From Longimicrobiales bacterium (GTDB lineage: Bacteria; Gemmatimonadota; Gemmatimonadetes; Longimicrobiales; Gaopeijiaceae), in assembly GCA_965248195.1 (NCBI GenBank), contig CBDFIQ010000002.1:256001-320000 (forward strand): a DNA stretch of 64,000 bases. The letters are read 5' to 3'. Position 1 is the stretch's first letter. Each line of letters opens with the position of its first letter. This document shows, one piece after another, positions 29,068-38,794 of the stretch. Below the pieces are notes generated by a model. The model was not told the DNA's origin and made no database searches. It was given only the letters and a program-made list of their open reading frames with translations. Position numbers and translations under genes: made by a program.

Positions 29068-30307
29068 AAAGCGCTCACGTGCCCCCAAGGGCCTCGTATG
29101 GCGAGCTGGCCGCGCCTACTTCGACCGTCGGCACTCGCGGTTCAAGGGCGGGCGGCTGGCGATCTCGCTCAGGACCGGCGATCGGGATGTGGCCACCGAG
29201 CGTCATACCGTCCTGACTCAGCTCATGGATCGTGGCGACTGGAACGTGCTTGAGGCGATCCGCCGTGGCGACATGCACATCACCGACGCGCAGGCCGCGC
29301 TACGTAATGGCGACGCCACCAAGCTGCGGCGCATGGGCTCCGACTCGCCACGGCTCGGGCCGGCCGTCGAGAGGTTCCTGAGGCTCAAAGAGGCGACACG
29401 CAGTCGGTCCACCATCAAGAAGTATCGTACGGTTCTCGGGCACCTTGAGAGAGACGTCGGCTCGGACTTCCCTATGGAAGAGCTGACGGTCGACGAGGCG
29501 CGCGCGTACCTGCACGGCCCGAAAGCCAGCACAGCGGGGCGTCCGTGGGCACCTGCTAGCCAAGGGGCTTGCCAGGTCGTGTGCGGGGCACTCTGGAGTA
29601 TGGTCATGGACGAGGAGGCCGACCTGCTCGCTCGCCGCAACGTACAGCCCGCGATCCGTAGCAACCCCTGGAAGGGCGTCGCGATGCCCGAGATCCGGCC
29701 GACACGGGCTGTGTTCCTGACTCCACCGGAGTGGGTGGACCTGGACCGCAGTATGGTTGGGGTCCCCAGCCGGGCGATGATCGCGATTGCGTTCCTCGCC
29801 GGACTGCGCCAAGGCGAGATCCTACATCTGCGCACCGACGTGGATGTGCTCCTGGAGAGCCCCGAACCGCTCATCCGCGTCCAGTCCCGAAAGGATGTTT
29901 ACTCCTGGAGGCCGAAGACGCGGCGCGGTGAAAGGGACGTTCCAATCACCGAGAGCCTCGTCACGATCATCGACGATCACCTCCGCAGAGGGTATGCCGG
30001 GGAGCGGTACTTGATTGTGAGCCCTCATCGCGGCGACCAGCCTGTGACGGCCGGCACCTCGGCTCGCTGGGCCCAGGACGCCTTCGAGCTGGCCGGGATC
30101 AAGTACGGGAGGGAGGGCGACGGGCTCACGCTGCATTCGGGTCGTCACACTTACGCCTCATGGCTGGCACAGGACGGCGTTCCGCTCAATGTGATCGCCA
30201 CCCTGCTAGGTGACACGACCAAGGTCGTCGAGGAGACCTACGCCCACCTTATTCCTGACACCTACCGGGCCGCCGTTCAGTACATCGAAAAGAGGATCCA
30301 GGGGTGA
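29057..30307 (+). CDS. tyrosine recombinase/integrase
   Basis: GLRQGE, PKT, LHSGRHTYAS, LLGD, ETYAH. Confidence 0.93.
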   Translation: MSPRKRSRAPKGLVWRAGRAYFDRRHSRFKGGRLAISLRTGDRDVATERHTVLTQLMDRGDWNVLEAIRRGDMHITDAQAALRNGDATKLRRMGSDSPRLGPAVERFLRLKEATRSRSTIKKYRTVLGHLERDVGSDFPMEELTVDEARAYLHGPKASTAGRPWAPASQGACQVVCGALWSMVMDEEADLLARRNVQPAIRSNPWKGVAMPEIRPTRAVFLTPPEWVDLDRSMVGVPSRAMIAIAFLAGLRQGEILHLRTDVDVLLESPEPLIRVQSRKDVYSWRPKTRRGERDVPITESLVTIIDDHLRRGYAGERYLIVSPHRGDQPVTAGTSARWAQDAFELAGIKYGREGDGLTLHSGRHTYASWLAQDGVPLNVIATLLGDTTKVVEETYAHLIPDTYRAAVQYIEKRIQG

Positions 30308-30374
30308 CAGCAAAAACAACGGTTTGCCATAAGCCAGGCCACAGAGTGTTGTATTTGCTAGATTATAGTAGAAG

Positions 30375-30656
30375 GTGTACTTCGGCGATCAGAAGATCAA
30401 CTTCCACCGTCCGTCCAGCTGGCAGAGCGGGACGTTTACCCTGCGAGCGCCGCCGGCCCAGCCGCCCTGCGGCGACTTCTGCTGGGTGTGGAAGGGCACG
30501 CGGGAATCGCTTGCCGAGATGTTGGAGCGTGCCGATGCGGAGATCGTCGCGGAGGGTGAGCGGTCGGGCGGTCGCGACGGCGGGGACGCATTGGGCCAAA
30601 GCGTCTATACACGAGATCCGGACGGTAATCTGCTCGAATTTATGCGTTATTCTTGA
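30375..30656 (+). pseudogene. 5'-truncated VOC/glyoxalase-family gene
   Basis: FGDQKINFH..GDFCWVW..SVYTRDPDGNLLEF; first beta-alpha unit missing. Confidence 0.75.
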
Positions 30657-30699
30657 GCGGGGTGGCCGGTTCAGCGGCCTCATCGAGTCCAACGCGCCT

Positions 30700-31578
30700 T
30701 TACGCCTCGTTCTTCACCGCCCGACCCACGACAACGGTGATGTTGTCGCTGCCCCCATCGTCCAGAGCGTCCTGCAGCAAGTCCTCGCACACCTGCTTGG
30801 CGGACGTCATGGATCGTAGCCGCTCGGCGATCAGCTCATCCGGCACGTGCCTGGTCAGCCCGTCGCTGCACAGCATGTGGACGTAGTTCCAATCCTGGTC
30901 GATGCCGGTGACCACCGGCGTCGTCTCCGAGCCCCCGATGGTGCTCGAGAGCACGCTGGAAAGAGGCGATTTAGCGGCTTCAGTCCTGGAGAACACGTCG
31001 TCGTCCACCAACACCTGGGCCAGCGTCTGATCCCGGGAGATCTGCGTCAGCTCGCCATCCCGTAGGATGTAGTAGCGGCTGTCCCCGACCTGAAGGAGGT
31101 AGGCGCGCGGCCACACGAAGAGCATGAGGGTGAGCGTTGTGGCCATCCCCCCGGGCTTGGCGCCCGAGCGCCGACGGAGATCTTCGTGGCAGTGCAGTGC
31201 CGCGTCGGCAAGGGATTGCGTGAACGCCTGATCGTCCGTGGGATCGGCCGTGTAATAGCAGTCCATGCTCCTGGCTGCGTACTTGCTCACGGCCTCCAGC
31301 GCCAACCGGCTCGCCGCCTCACCTCCCGGCCCACCCCCGACGCCATCGGCGACCATCATCAGGAAAGCGAGACGATCCGCCTCTCGGTACAGCCGACCCG
31401 TGTCGGGGAGACTGGTCAGATGCACCTCCATGCGTTTGTGGAGGGAGGAGAGGAGGAAGTGGTCCTGATTTTCCTTCCGGACCCTCCCCGGGTGGGTGAG
31501 ACCGTAGGAGTCGATTTGGTCGTCGGTGGGCTTTCGGCCGAGGGCCCGTGCGTCTGGCGCATTCTCGATCGTAGTCAT
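30700..31578 (-). CDS. PP2C-family Ser/Thr protein phosphatase
   Basis: GRVRKENQD, VADGVGG, VGDSR, CSDGL, GGSDNITV. Confidence 0.93.
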   Translation of the reverse strand: MTTIENAPDARALGRKPTDDQIDSYGLTHPGRVRKENQDHFLLSSLHKRMEVHLTSLPDTGRLYREADRLAFLMMVADGVGGGPGGEAASRLALEAVSKYAARSMDCYYTADPTDDQAFTQSLADAALHCHEDLRRRSGAKPGGMATTLTLMLFVWPRAYLLQVGDSRYYILRDGELTQISRDQTLAQVLVDDDVFSRTEAAKSPLSSVLSSTIGGSETTPVVTGIDQDWNYVHMLCSDGLTRHVPDELIAERLRSMTSAKQVCEDLLQDALDDGGSDNITVVVGRAVKNEA

Positions 31579-31941
31579 GGCTCTCATCCACATCTTCGGC
31601 CACAGCGGGGGCGCCATCTCGTCCAGCAACCGCCGCCAGACGATCCAGGTGTGTGCTCCGGAGAGCTATTGCGGCCGGTTCGGATTCCCTGAAGGTGGAC
31701 CCCCCACCAGGAAAGGACTGAACCCCTTCCGGGGCTTGGGACTATGGGCGCCGACGTCCCACGGAGCAAGAGTGTAGCCTTGGTCTGGGGAGCCCTCGGA
31801 ACCTCAGCTCTGAGTCGGGCGGACCCTCCTCAACTCGGCCCTCGGACACGCGAACGGAGACGGCCCAGCCTGCCGACAGATCCGCCCGCTGGCGGTGCCC
31901 GCCTTTTGTCAACCATGGGCCGAAGCCGGTAAGATGACCCC

Positions 31942-32859
31942 ATGCCCACGATCCACTCCCTTCCGGACGACCGACCCATTGAGGCCGCCGACGGCGAAAC
32001 CATCCTCACGGCTTCACTCCGGGCGGATATCCCGCACGCTCACGCGTGTGGGGGAATGGCGCGGTGTTCGACGTGTCGGGTACTCGTGCTCGACGGCGCC
32101 GAGATGTGCGGCCCCCGCACACCGCCCGAAGAGAAGCTCGCCGAGCAACTGCACTTCGGCGACAACGTCCGTCTGGCATGTCAGACGACGGTGCACGGAG
32201 ATTTGTCGATCCGGCGGCCGGTGGTCGACCGGGTGGATCTGGCGCTGGCCAATCTCCTGGATCGGAGCCAGGCCACCGAGCGGGTTGGGAAAGAACGGCG
32301 TCTGGCGATCCTGTTCGCGGATATCGCCGGGTACACGTCGTTCGCGGAAAGCTTGATGCCGTACGACGTGACCCACGTGCTGAACCGGTATTTTTTCTTG
32401 ATGGCCGAGGTCATTCAGTCCCACGGTGGTCACATCAGCGACTACATCGGGGACGGCCTGATGGCCCTGTTCGGCATCGATGGTGACGACGACCACGCGG
32501 CCCAGGCGGTCCGGGCAGGCCTAGGCATGTTCGAGGCGCTGGAGGAGCTCAATCCCTACCTCCAGACGATGTACGGACGAGAGTTGGGCGTTCGGGTGGG
32601 CGTCCACGTGGGTGAGGTCGTGGTGGGCACGATCGGCATCGCTCCGATGGAAAAACTCGCGGCCATCGGCGATCCGGTGAACTTCGCGAGCCGGATCGAA
32701 GCGGCGAACAAAGAAGTCGGGACCCGCTTTCTGGTGTCGGAAGACACGGTCGGCGAGCTGGACGAGAGTTTCCAGGTCGGTCGCAGCTTCGAGCTGCCCA
32801 TCAAGGGCAAGTCCGGGACGCACAGGCTGTACGAGGTCGTGGGGCTCAACTCCGGCTGA
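31942..32859 (+). CDS. class III adenylate/guanylate cyclase with N-terminal 2Fe-2S ferredoxin domain
   Basis: CGG.ARCSTC..RLACQ; ILFADIAG, IGDGLMA, GDPVNFASRIE, IKGK. Confidence 0.93.
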   Translation: MPTIHSLPDDRPIEAADGETILTASLRADIPHAHACGGMARCSTCRVLVLDGAEMCGPRTPPEEKLAEQLHFGDNVRLACQTTVHGDLSIRRPVVDRVDLALANLLDRSQATERVGKERRLAILFADIAGYTSFAESLMPYDVTHVLNRYFFLMAEVIQSHGGHISDYIGDGLMALFGIDGDDDHAAQAVRAGLGMFEALEELNPYLQTMYGRELGVRVGVHVGEVVVGTIGIAPMEKLAAIGDPVNFASRIEAANKEVGTRFLVSEDTVGELDESFQVGRSFELPIKGKSGTHRLYEVVGLNSG

Positions 32860-32964
32860 GAACGCCGGCGTCCTACTCGCCAGGCCTGTCGCTCGCCCGA
32901 ATCCCCAGGTGCTTGAGCGTGCGTTGAAGACGCCGGGGTTGCACCCGGGCGCCTCGACCCCGGT

Positions 32965-33897
32965 TCACTCGACCGGAACCAGGATCCGACGGGCCTTCAT
33001 GTCGTAAACGTCGCCCGGTGCCAGCACGAAATACGGCTTCTCCCAGGGCTGATATGCGCGTGTGTTGTCGTGCACCGCGACCATCCACTTGCCCACTACT
33101 TCGAAGGTGTCCCCGGTAACGATGATCGCCGTGCCCTCCGAGAGACCGATGCCGAGCAGATGCGGCTTTCGCTCGATGAGCGGGATAATGTGGTCCCAGC
33201 GGTTCCGGGTGTTGATGTGCTGGTCGATCCCCACCTTGCGGAGGAACTCGAAGCCGAGCTGATGGTTCTCCTCGTCGGTCATGACGATCTGAGAGCCCCT
33301 GGTGTCGCCCCTGACGAGGTACTCCCCCAAAATCGTGGCGCCGGCCGAGCTCCCACCGACGACGCCCCCGCGCTCGACCACCTTGTGGAACTCGTCGTAG
33401 GTGCGGGTCCCCGCGTAGGAGTCGACGATGTTCCACTGGCGCCCTCCGTTGAACCACACCGCGGTGGCCTGCTCAAGCTCAGCCACGAACTCCTCGGTGT
33501 CGGCGATCGTTGGATCGTGCGTATGCAGCATCGAGACGTTCTCGAGTCCGCGGTCCCGCCAAGAACTCAACACGCGATCCTCGTCATAAGCCCGGACGTT
33601 GCCGTCCTCATCGTAGTTTCCGCCCGCCGTCGGTACGATGACGAAACGGCCGTCCTCCGCACCGCCTCCAAGCTCGATGAAGCGCTCAAAAATTCCGGTG
33701 CCGTTCAAAGGACCGCCGCCCGCGAGAACGAGGGTGCCGGTGGGCGGCCCGTACTCGGGCGTCTCTTGGGCGTGGATCTGCGCGGCGGGGATCTGGGCCG
33801 ACAGCCCGATCGTGAGCGCCAGGATCGGGACGAGCAGTTGGAGGGCTCGACTCCTCGTTGCCACACTCGTCATCGTTCTGTTTCTCATCGCTCTCAT
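32965..33897 (-). CDS. secreted cyanophycinase-like peptidase (S51)
   Basis: IVPTA, WFNGG.Q, GGSSAGA nucleophile, IDQH, GIGLSE; signal peptide. Confidence 0.88.
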   Translation of the reverse strand: MRAMRNRTMTSVATRSRALQLLVPILALTIGLSAQIPAAQIHAQETPEYGPPTGTLVLAGGGPLNGTGIFERFIELGGGAEDGRFVIVPTAGGNYDEDGNVRAYDEDRVLSSWRDRGLENVSMLHTHDPTIADTEEFVAELEQATAVWFNGGRQWNIVDSYAGTRTYDEFHKVVERGGVVGGSSAGATILGEYLVRGDTRGSQIVMTDEENHQLGFEFLRKVGIDQHINTRNRWDHIIPLIERKPHLLGIGLSEGTAIIVTGDTFEVVGKWMVAVHDNTRAYQPWEKPYFVLAPGDVYDMKARRILVPVE

Positions 33898-33899
33898 CC

Positions 33900-35564
33900 T
33901 CACCGTTCTTCTCCTGAGCTCGGGTCGATCCGGCCCGCCGGGGCCCCGCTCACTTCTTTGACGAAGAAGGCCATGAAACGGGCCATCCGCTCGAGGCCCG
34001 GCGTCGAGACCATTTCCACGACTTCGCCGGTCGTGTGATACATGGGTGGCCCCTGCATCGTGGTGAACACCGGTATACCCGCCCGGCGATACGTTCCGCC
34101 CTCGCCGCTCGCCATGGTGTTGGGACCGGAAACGAAGTTGGTGCCGTAGCGCTGGATTCCCCGCTCGACGAGGCCCTCCAGGAAGGGAGCGAGATTGGTG
34201 ATGCCGGCGACGATGGGAGCCTCGTGCGAGTCCATGGTCCACTCCCGGTAGCCGTCTTCGTGGTTGCTGCGCGCCGGCGTTATGTGCCGCTGAGCGGTGT
34301 GCTCGAGATTCACCACGAGGACCGCTCTCTCGGCGATGTCCGGGTTCATGGCGACGAAGTGCCCAGGCCCGCTGAGGCCCGAGGAGTGGTGCCCAGCGCT
34401 GGCCACGAACACGATGGTGCGCTCCTGCTGCATCCCGGGCATGGCAAAGTGGCGGGCCAACGCTACGAGCACCGCCAAGCGGTCGGCATTGTCTCCGGCT
34501 CCATCGAACCAGCCGTCCGCGTGGGCGTTGAGTACGACGTATTCGTCGCTCCGTGACGTGCCCGGAATGATGGCCACGCCATTAGCCGCGGACAGGCCCG
34601 AGAACCTCTGAGATTCCAGGCGCATCTGCACGCGGAGATCGCCCAGTGTGCCCGCCTCCGCCGCGGCATTCATGACGGACTCGACAAACAGTCCGTCACG
34701 TCCACCGATATTGAAGCAGGCGCCGCCCCCACACCCGATGTCCCGCGCACGCATGTTGCCCGGTAGGTCGATGATCGTAAGGACCGCCACCGCCCCGCGG
34801 TCCAGGAGATCCTGAGCTCTCGGTCCGACCGGGCTCCGCACGAAGACCGTATGGCCCTGGGGGATCGCTTTCTGAACGGCGACTCTCCCGCGAACGTCGA
34901 TGTGGGCGAGCTCCGCGGGGCTCGCCGTACCGACGTATACGAGGGGTGCCGTAAGGCCGCCTCCCGTGAGGCCACCCTCCGCGAGGCTGCCTCCCGCGGA
35001 AAGTGGCATCGCACTTTCGAGAACCACGTCCTTGCTCCCCACCCCGAAGGCGGGGTCACCAACCAGCCGCACTTCCCAGGACAGCGGCAACCAGATCGAC
35101 GCGTCCGGTTCCTGGTCGAATGGCTGAAGTTCCACATCGTGGATGCCCGCGGCTCGGAACTCGTTCACGGCCCACTCGATGGTCTTCGACCCCGACGGAA
35201 AGCCCGTTATGCGGCCCCAGATCTGCCCCTCACCCACCTCCGCGGTCTCCTCGCTTTCCCTCGAGAAGCCGACGATGGTTTCGAGATCCGCTTGGATGGC
35301 AGATCCGGCGAGCTCCGGGTACTGGCTCTCACCCTGCGGCACCACCGCCGGGGCAGCCCCGCGGGCGTTGATTACCTGGACGGCGTGAGGCGCAAAGCCC
35401 GGTGGAAGCATCACACCGAACCATGGCCCGTCGGTGGAAGGCGCCTCTTCCGCGGGCATGTCCGCACAAGCCACGGCGCCGACCACCAGAACGCCTACCG
35501 CCAGAGCATATAGGGTGGCCCGAGTGCGAGCGGAGCCAGTGCTCACCGACCTCGTGGAATTCAT
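33900..35564 (-). CDS. M28-family peptidase with PA-like insert, probable lipoprotein
   Basis: NAHADGW, GAGDNA, NLEH, YHT; lipobox AVAC. Confidence 0.82.
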   Translation of the reverse strand: MNSTRSVSTGSARTRATLYALAVGVLVVGAVACADMPAEEAPSTDGPWFGVMLPPGFAPHAVQVINARGAAPAVVPQGESQYPELAGSAIQADLETIVGFSRESEETAEVGEGQIWGRITGFPSGSKTIEWAVNEFRAAGIHDVELQPFDQEPDASIWLPLSWEVRLVGDPAFGVGSKDVVLESAMPLSAGGSLAEGGLTGGGLTAPLVYVGTASPAELAHIDVRGRVAVQKAIPQGHTVFVRSPVGPRAQDLLDRGAVAVLTIIDLPGNMRARDIGCGGGACFNIGGRDGLFVESVMNAAAEAGTLGDLRVQMRLESQRFSGLSAANGVAIIPGTSRSDEYVVLNAHADGWFDGAGDNADRLAVLVALARHFAMPGMQQERTIVFVASAGHHSSGLSGPGHFVAMNPDIAERAVLVVNLEHTAQRHITPARSNHEDGYREWTMDSHEAPIVAGITNLAPFLEGLVERGIQRYGTNFVSGPNTMASGEGGTYRRAGIPVFTTMQGPPMYHTTGEVVEMVSTPGLERMARFMAFFVKEVSGAPAGRIDPSSGEER

Positions 35565-35679
35565 GGCCCGACTCCCTCCCGATGTGGGCTGCGAAACGCC
35601 GTGGTCCAACCGATGTCCAACCGACGCAGCTAAGCCTACGCGCCCCGGAGGAGATTCCGCCAGCCCCCTTCGAACGGGG

Positions 35680-36897
35680 TCAAGCGACGGCGGCCCTCGG
35701 ATCCCTCACCCGCTGGAGAAGAAAGAGCCCAAGAACGAATAGGCAGGTCAGCATCAGAAAGCCGGGTCGCTGGTTCCCGCCGCCCAGCACCGTGATGTAG
35801 CCGAAGAGCGTCGGACCCAGGACAGAGGATGATTTCCCGCACAGCGCGTAGAAGCCGAACATCTCCGCTTCCTTCCCATCCGGGATCAGGGACGCCATGA
35901 AGCTTCGGCTCGCGGCCTGAACCGAGCCGAGGCCGATACCGGCGACGACCGCCATCGCGTAAAAGACGTTCGAATCCTGGACGAAGAAGGCCGCGATACT
36001 CACCATGATCCAAACGACGAGCACCGCATTCAACACCTTCTTGGGACCCCAGCGATCGGTGGGCTTGGCCAGAGAGAAGGCACCGATCAGCGCAGAGAAC
36101 TGGACGATCAAGAAGAGCACGATCGTATCTGCTTGGTCGAAGCCGAAGGTCTGCGTCGCGATGAGCCCTGCATAGACAATGATCGTGAGTACGCCGTCGA
36201 TGTAGAAGAAGAATGCGAAGAGGAAGTTTCGCAGCTCCCTCAGCCGCCACACCTCCCCGACGATCGTCTTGAAATGGGTGAGACCCCATTGAGCGGCCTC
36301 TGGAACGGTCATGTTCCCCTTCTCATCGGCGGGTAGGAAGAGGAACGCCGGTACGGAGAAGAGCAGGAAGAAGCTGGCTACCAGGAACCATACGACTTCC
36401 CACCGGTCTCCGGCGAAGGGAATTACCATGACGAGTCCGATGGTGGAGCCGAGGTAACCGACGCCGAAACCGAGACCCGACACCCATCCCTGCTTTTCGG
36501 GGGGAGCGATGTCGGGCAGGTAGGCATTGTAGAAGACCAGCGCGCTCTCGAAGCCGATGTTTGCGACGACGAAGAGGATGAACCCTTGTACCACCATCCC
36601 GGCCTCGAGCGTGGACATCATCGCGACTCCTGCGAGGCAGAGCGCTACATAGAAGAGCATGAACTTCTTGCGCGCCCCGCCCCGGTCGGAGATTGCACCC
36701 AGAAGCGGAGCCGAGGCCGCCACGATTAGCGCGGATAGGGAGACCGCGCGCCCCCACCACCAATCGCCCTGACCGCCCTCGCTACCTACCACAACGCCGA
36801 CGTAGAAGAGGGGGAAGACGGCCGTCGTCATCACGGCCGGATAAACCGAATTCGCGAAGTCGAAGAGCGCCCAGGCGCCAACCTGTTTCTTGTCCAT
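35680..36897 (-). CDS. MFS transporter (UMF1/Atg22-like)
   Basis: WALFDFANS, P.LGAISD, FYNAYLP, EMFGFY; many hydrophobic segments. Confidence 0.9.
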   Translation of the reverse strand: MDKKQVGAWALFDFANSVYPAVMTTAVFPLFYVGVVVGSEGGQGDWWWGRAVSLSALIVAASAPLLGAISDRGGARKKFMLFYVALCLAGVAMMSTLEAGMVVQGFILFVVANIGFESALVFYNAYLPDIAPPEKQGWVSGLGFGVGYLGSTIGLVMVIPFAGDRWEVVWFLVASFFLLFSVPAFLFLPADEKGNMTVPEAAQWGLTHFKTIVGEVWRLRELRNFLFAFFFYIDGVLTIIVYAGLIATQTFGFDQADTIVLFLIVQFSALIGAFSLAKPTDRWGPKKVLNAVLVVWIMVSIAAFFVQDSNVFYAMAVVAGIGLGSVQAASRSFMASLIPDGKEAEMFGFYALCGKSSSVLGPTLFGYITVLGGGNQRPGFLMLTCLFVLGLFLLQRVRDPRAAVA

Positions 36898-36930
36898 GAG
36901 GTGTCTCAGGAGAGCGGCGCGCGAGACCGC

Positions 36931-38301
36931 CTACCCGGGCGACGGAGCGGTGATCACGGACGGCTCGTCCCCCAGCTTCCGCTTCAGTTCGAACGAGAGC
37001 ATCCACCAAGAGACCCCGGCCTGGAGGGCCACGGTTGCGACCGAGGCATACCAGAGGTGGCGGAGCTCGAACCAACTCTGGCCGGAGAGCCAGATCGCGG
37101 GAATGGCAAAGGTCACGAGGCGCGTGGCGCCCGCGAGGAGGGCGGGGACCGTGTTTCCGATCGCCTGAAACATGCCGGAGCACGTGAAGACGATTCCCAT
37201 CGCCACGAAGTTCCACGAGATGATCCGCAGGAACTCGGCACCTGCTTCGATCACCGCCTGGTCATCGGTGAAGAAGGCGATGAATACGCTCGGGCGTAGC
37301 TGACACAGCAGCGTCAGCAGAAGCATGATCGAGCTGAGCGTGACCATAGACGTGCGGAAGGTCTCCCGGACCCGATCGGGCTTGCCGGCACCCACGTTTT
37401 GCCCGGCGACCGGGGCGGTCGCGAACGCGATCGCCATCGCCGGAAGGAAGACCGCTTGCATGACACGCGAGCCGACTCCGAAGCCCGCCTGGGCCTCGGG
37501 TCCAAAGCCCCGGATGGTCCAATAGACGATCGCCACGTAAACGAACATGAGCGCAAACTCGCCCCCCGGCGGCAGCCCAACGGCGAGGATTCGCTTCCAG
37601 GTGGACACGTGCGGGCGGACCATGCTTCGATCGAACACCACGTATCGCTCGAGACGCTTGAAGTAGACGCTCATCATGACCACAGCGACGGCGATCGAGA
37701 TCGATGTCGAGATGCCCGCGCCGGCGACCCCGAACGGCCGGCCCGTGCCCCAGCCCGCGATCATGATCGGTGACAGGATCGCGTTCAGCACGACCGTCAG
37801 CACCTGAACGATGATCGTCGGAGTGACGATTCCGGTCCCTCGGAGCGCGGAGCCCATCGAGATCAGGGCGAACTGGAGGCCGAGGCCCGGGAGGACCCAG
37901 TAGAGGTACGTGGTTCCCGCGGTCACGGTCTCGGCGTCCGCACCGAGCGTGCCCATGTACCATCTGGCCAGGGCGTATCCCCCAACCAACACCATGGCCC
38001 CGCACACCGCAGCGAGCACCAGACTCTGGTTGAAGATCAGGTTCGCGTCGTCCCGGTCCTTTCTCCCGCTCGCCTGAGCGATGAGCGCCATCGTCCCTAC
38101 ACCGAGGACCTGAGTGATGGCCATCACGAGGAAATTCACGTTGCCCGCCGATCCCAAACCGGCGATGGCGGCGTCGCCGAGCTGGGCCACGAAGTAGAGA
38201 TCGACCAGGTAGTAAAGCGTCTGAAAGACCATGCCGATCGCGATCGGTACGGCCATGCTCATGATGTGGCCCGGGATGGGGCCCTCGGTCATGTCTCGCA
38301 T
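36931..38301 (-). CDS. MATE-family efflux transporter
   Basis: DMTEGPI, LVDLYFV.QLG..A, LRG.G, GQN.GA. Confidence 0.92.
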   Translation of the reverse strand: MRDMTEGPIPGHIMSMAVPIAIGMVFQTLYYLVDLYFVAQLGDAAIAGLGSAGNVNFLVMAITQVLGVGTMALIAQASGRKDRDDANLIFNQSLVLAAVCGAMVLVGGYALARWYMGTLGADAETVTAGTTYLYWVLPGLGLQFALISMGSALRGTGIVTPTIIVQVLTVVLNAILSPIMIAGWGTGRPFGVAGAGISTSISIAVAVVMMSVYFKRLERYVVFDRSMVRPHVSTWKRILAVGLPPGGEFALMFVYVAIVYWTIRGFGPEAQAGFGVGSRVMQAVFLPAMAIAFATAPVAGQNVGAGKPDRVRETFRTSMVTLSSIMLLLTLLCQLRPSVFIAFFTDDQAVIEAGAEFLRIISWNFVAMGIVFTCSGMFQAIGNTVPALLAGATRLVTFAIPAIWLSGQSWFELRHLWYASVATVALQAGVSWWMLSFELKRKLGDEPSVITAPSPG

Positions 38302-38449
38302 TACTCGTCAGGTACCCTCGACTATCGAGTTCTTCGGAGGAAAGCTCGTCGAACGCCACCTCGCTGGGGAGAGCGAGGCCCAGGGCCGGGAAGAAGGGTA
38401 ACCTCCTTGGGCCTCCCGCAAAGGTTCCAGTCCGCCGGTGGTCGACTTG

Positions 38450-38473
38450 ATATGCAACCCATAGGTTGCATAT
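38450..38473. promoter_or_regulatory. palindromic operator for the ArsR-type regulator
   Basis: Perfect ATATGCAACC-N4-GGTTGCATAT, overlapping TTGATA and ending 6 nt before the ATG. Confidence 0.8.
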
Positions 38474-38479
38474 TAAAGC

Positions 38480-38794
38480 ATGTCGGATACCTTCCTCGCC
38501 ATCTCGGACTCCACCCGCCGCCGAATTCTCAATCGGCTGCGGACCCAGGGCTCGCTGTCGGTCACCGAGTTGTCCGAACCGCTGTCCATGACGAGGCAGG
38601 CCGTCACCAAGCATCTAAACGTACTCGAGCGGGCCGGACTTCTGGAACACAGTCGGCAGGGACGAAAACGCATCCATCGTTTGAAGGCCCAACCGCTCGA
38701 GGACGTCGCTGACTGGCTGGCTCCTTACGCCGCCGCTTGGGACCGACGTCTGTCACGCTTACAAACACATTTGGGGGAGGACGACTCGACATGA
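38480..38794 (+). CDS. ArsR/SmtB-family transcriptional regulator
   Basis: TRRRIL..L, MTRQAVTKHL.VLE.AGL, W..RL.RL tail. Confidence 0.92.
   Translation: MSDTFLAISDSTRRRILNRLRTQGSLSVTELSEPLSMTRQAVTKHLNVLERAGLLEHSRQGRKRIHRLKAQPLEDVADWLAPYAAAWDRRLSRLQTHLGEDDST

Larger units (their letters stand above)
27515..30374 (+). mobile_element. prophage or integrative-element remnant
   Basis: Tightly packed hypothetical ORFs, then xis-like HTH and tyrosine integrase, then an AT-rich att-like stretch; truncated genes on both sides; boundaries approximate. Confidence 0.75.

Noticed and set aside
30345..30374. AT-rich stretch as a Xer dif site
   Set aside because: No convincing match to the XerD arm TTATGTTAAAT; treated as a generic att region.
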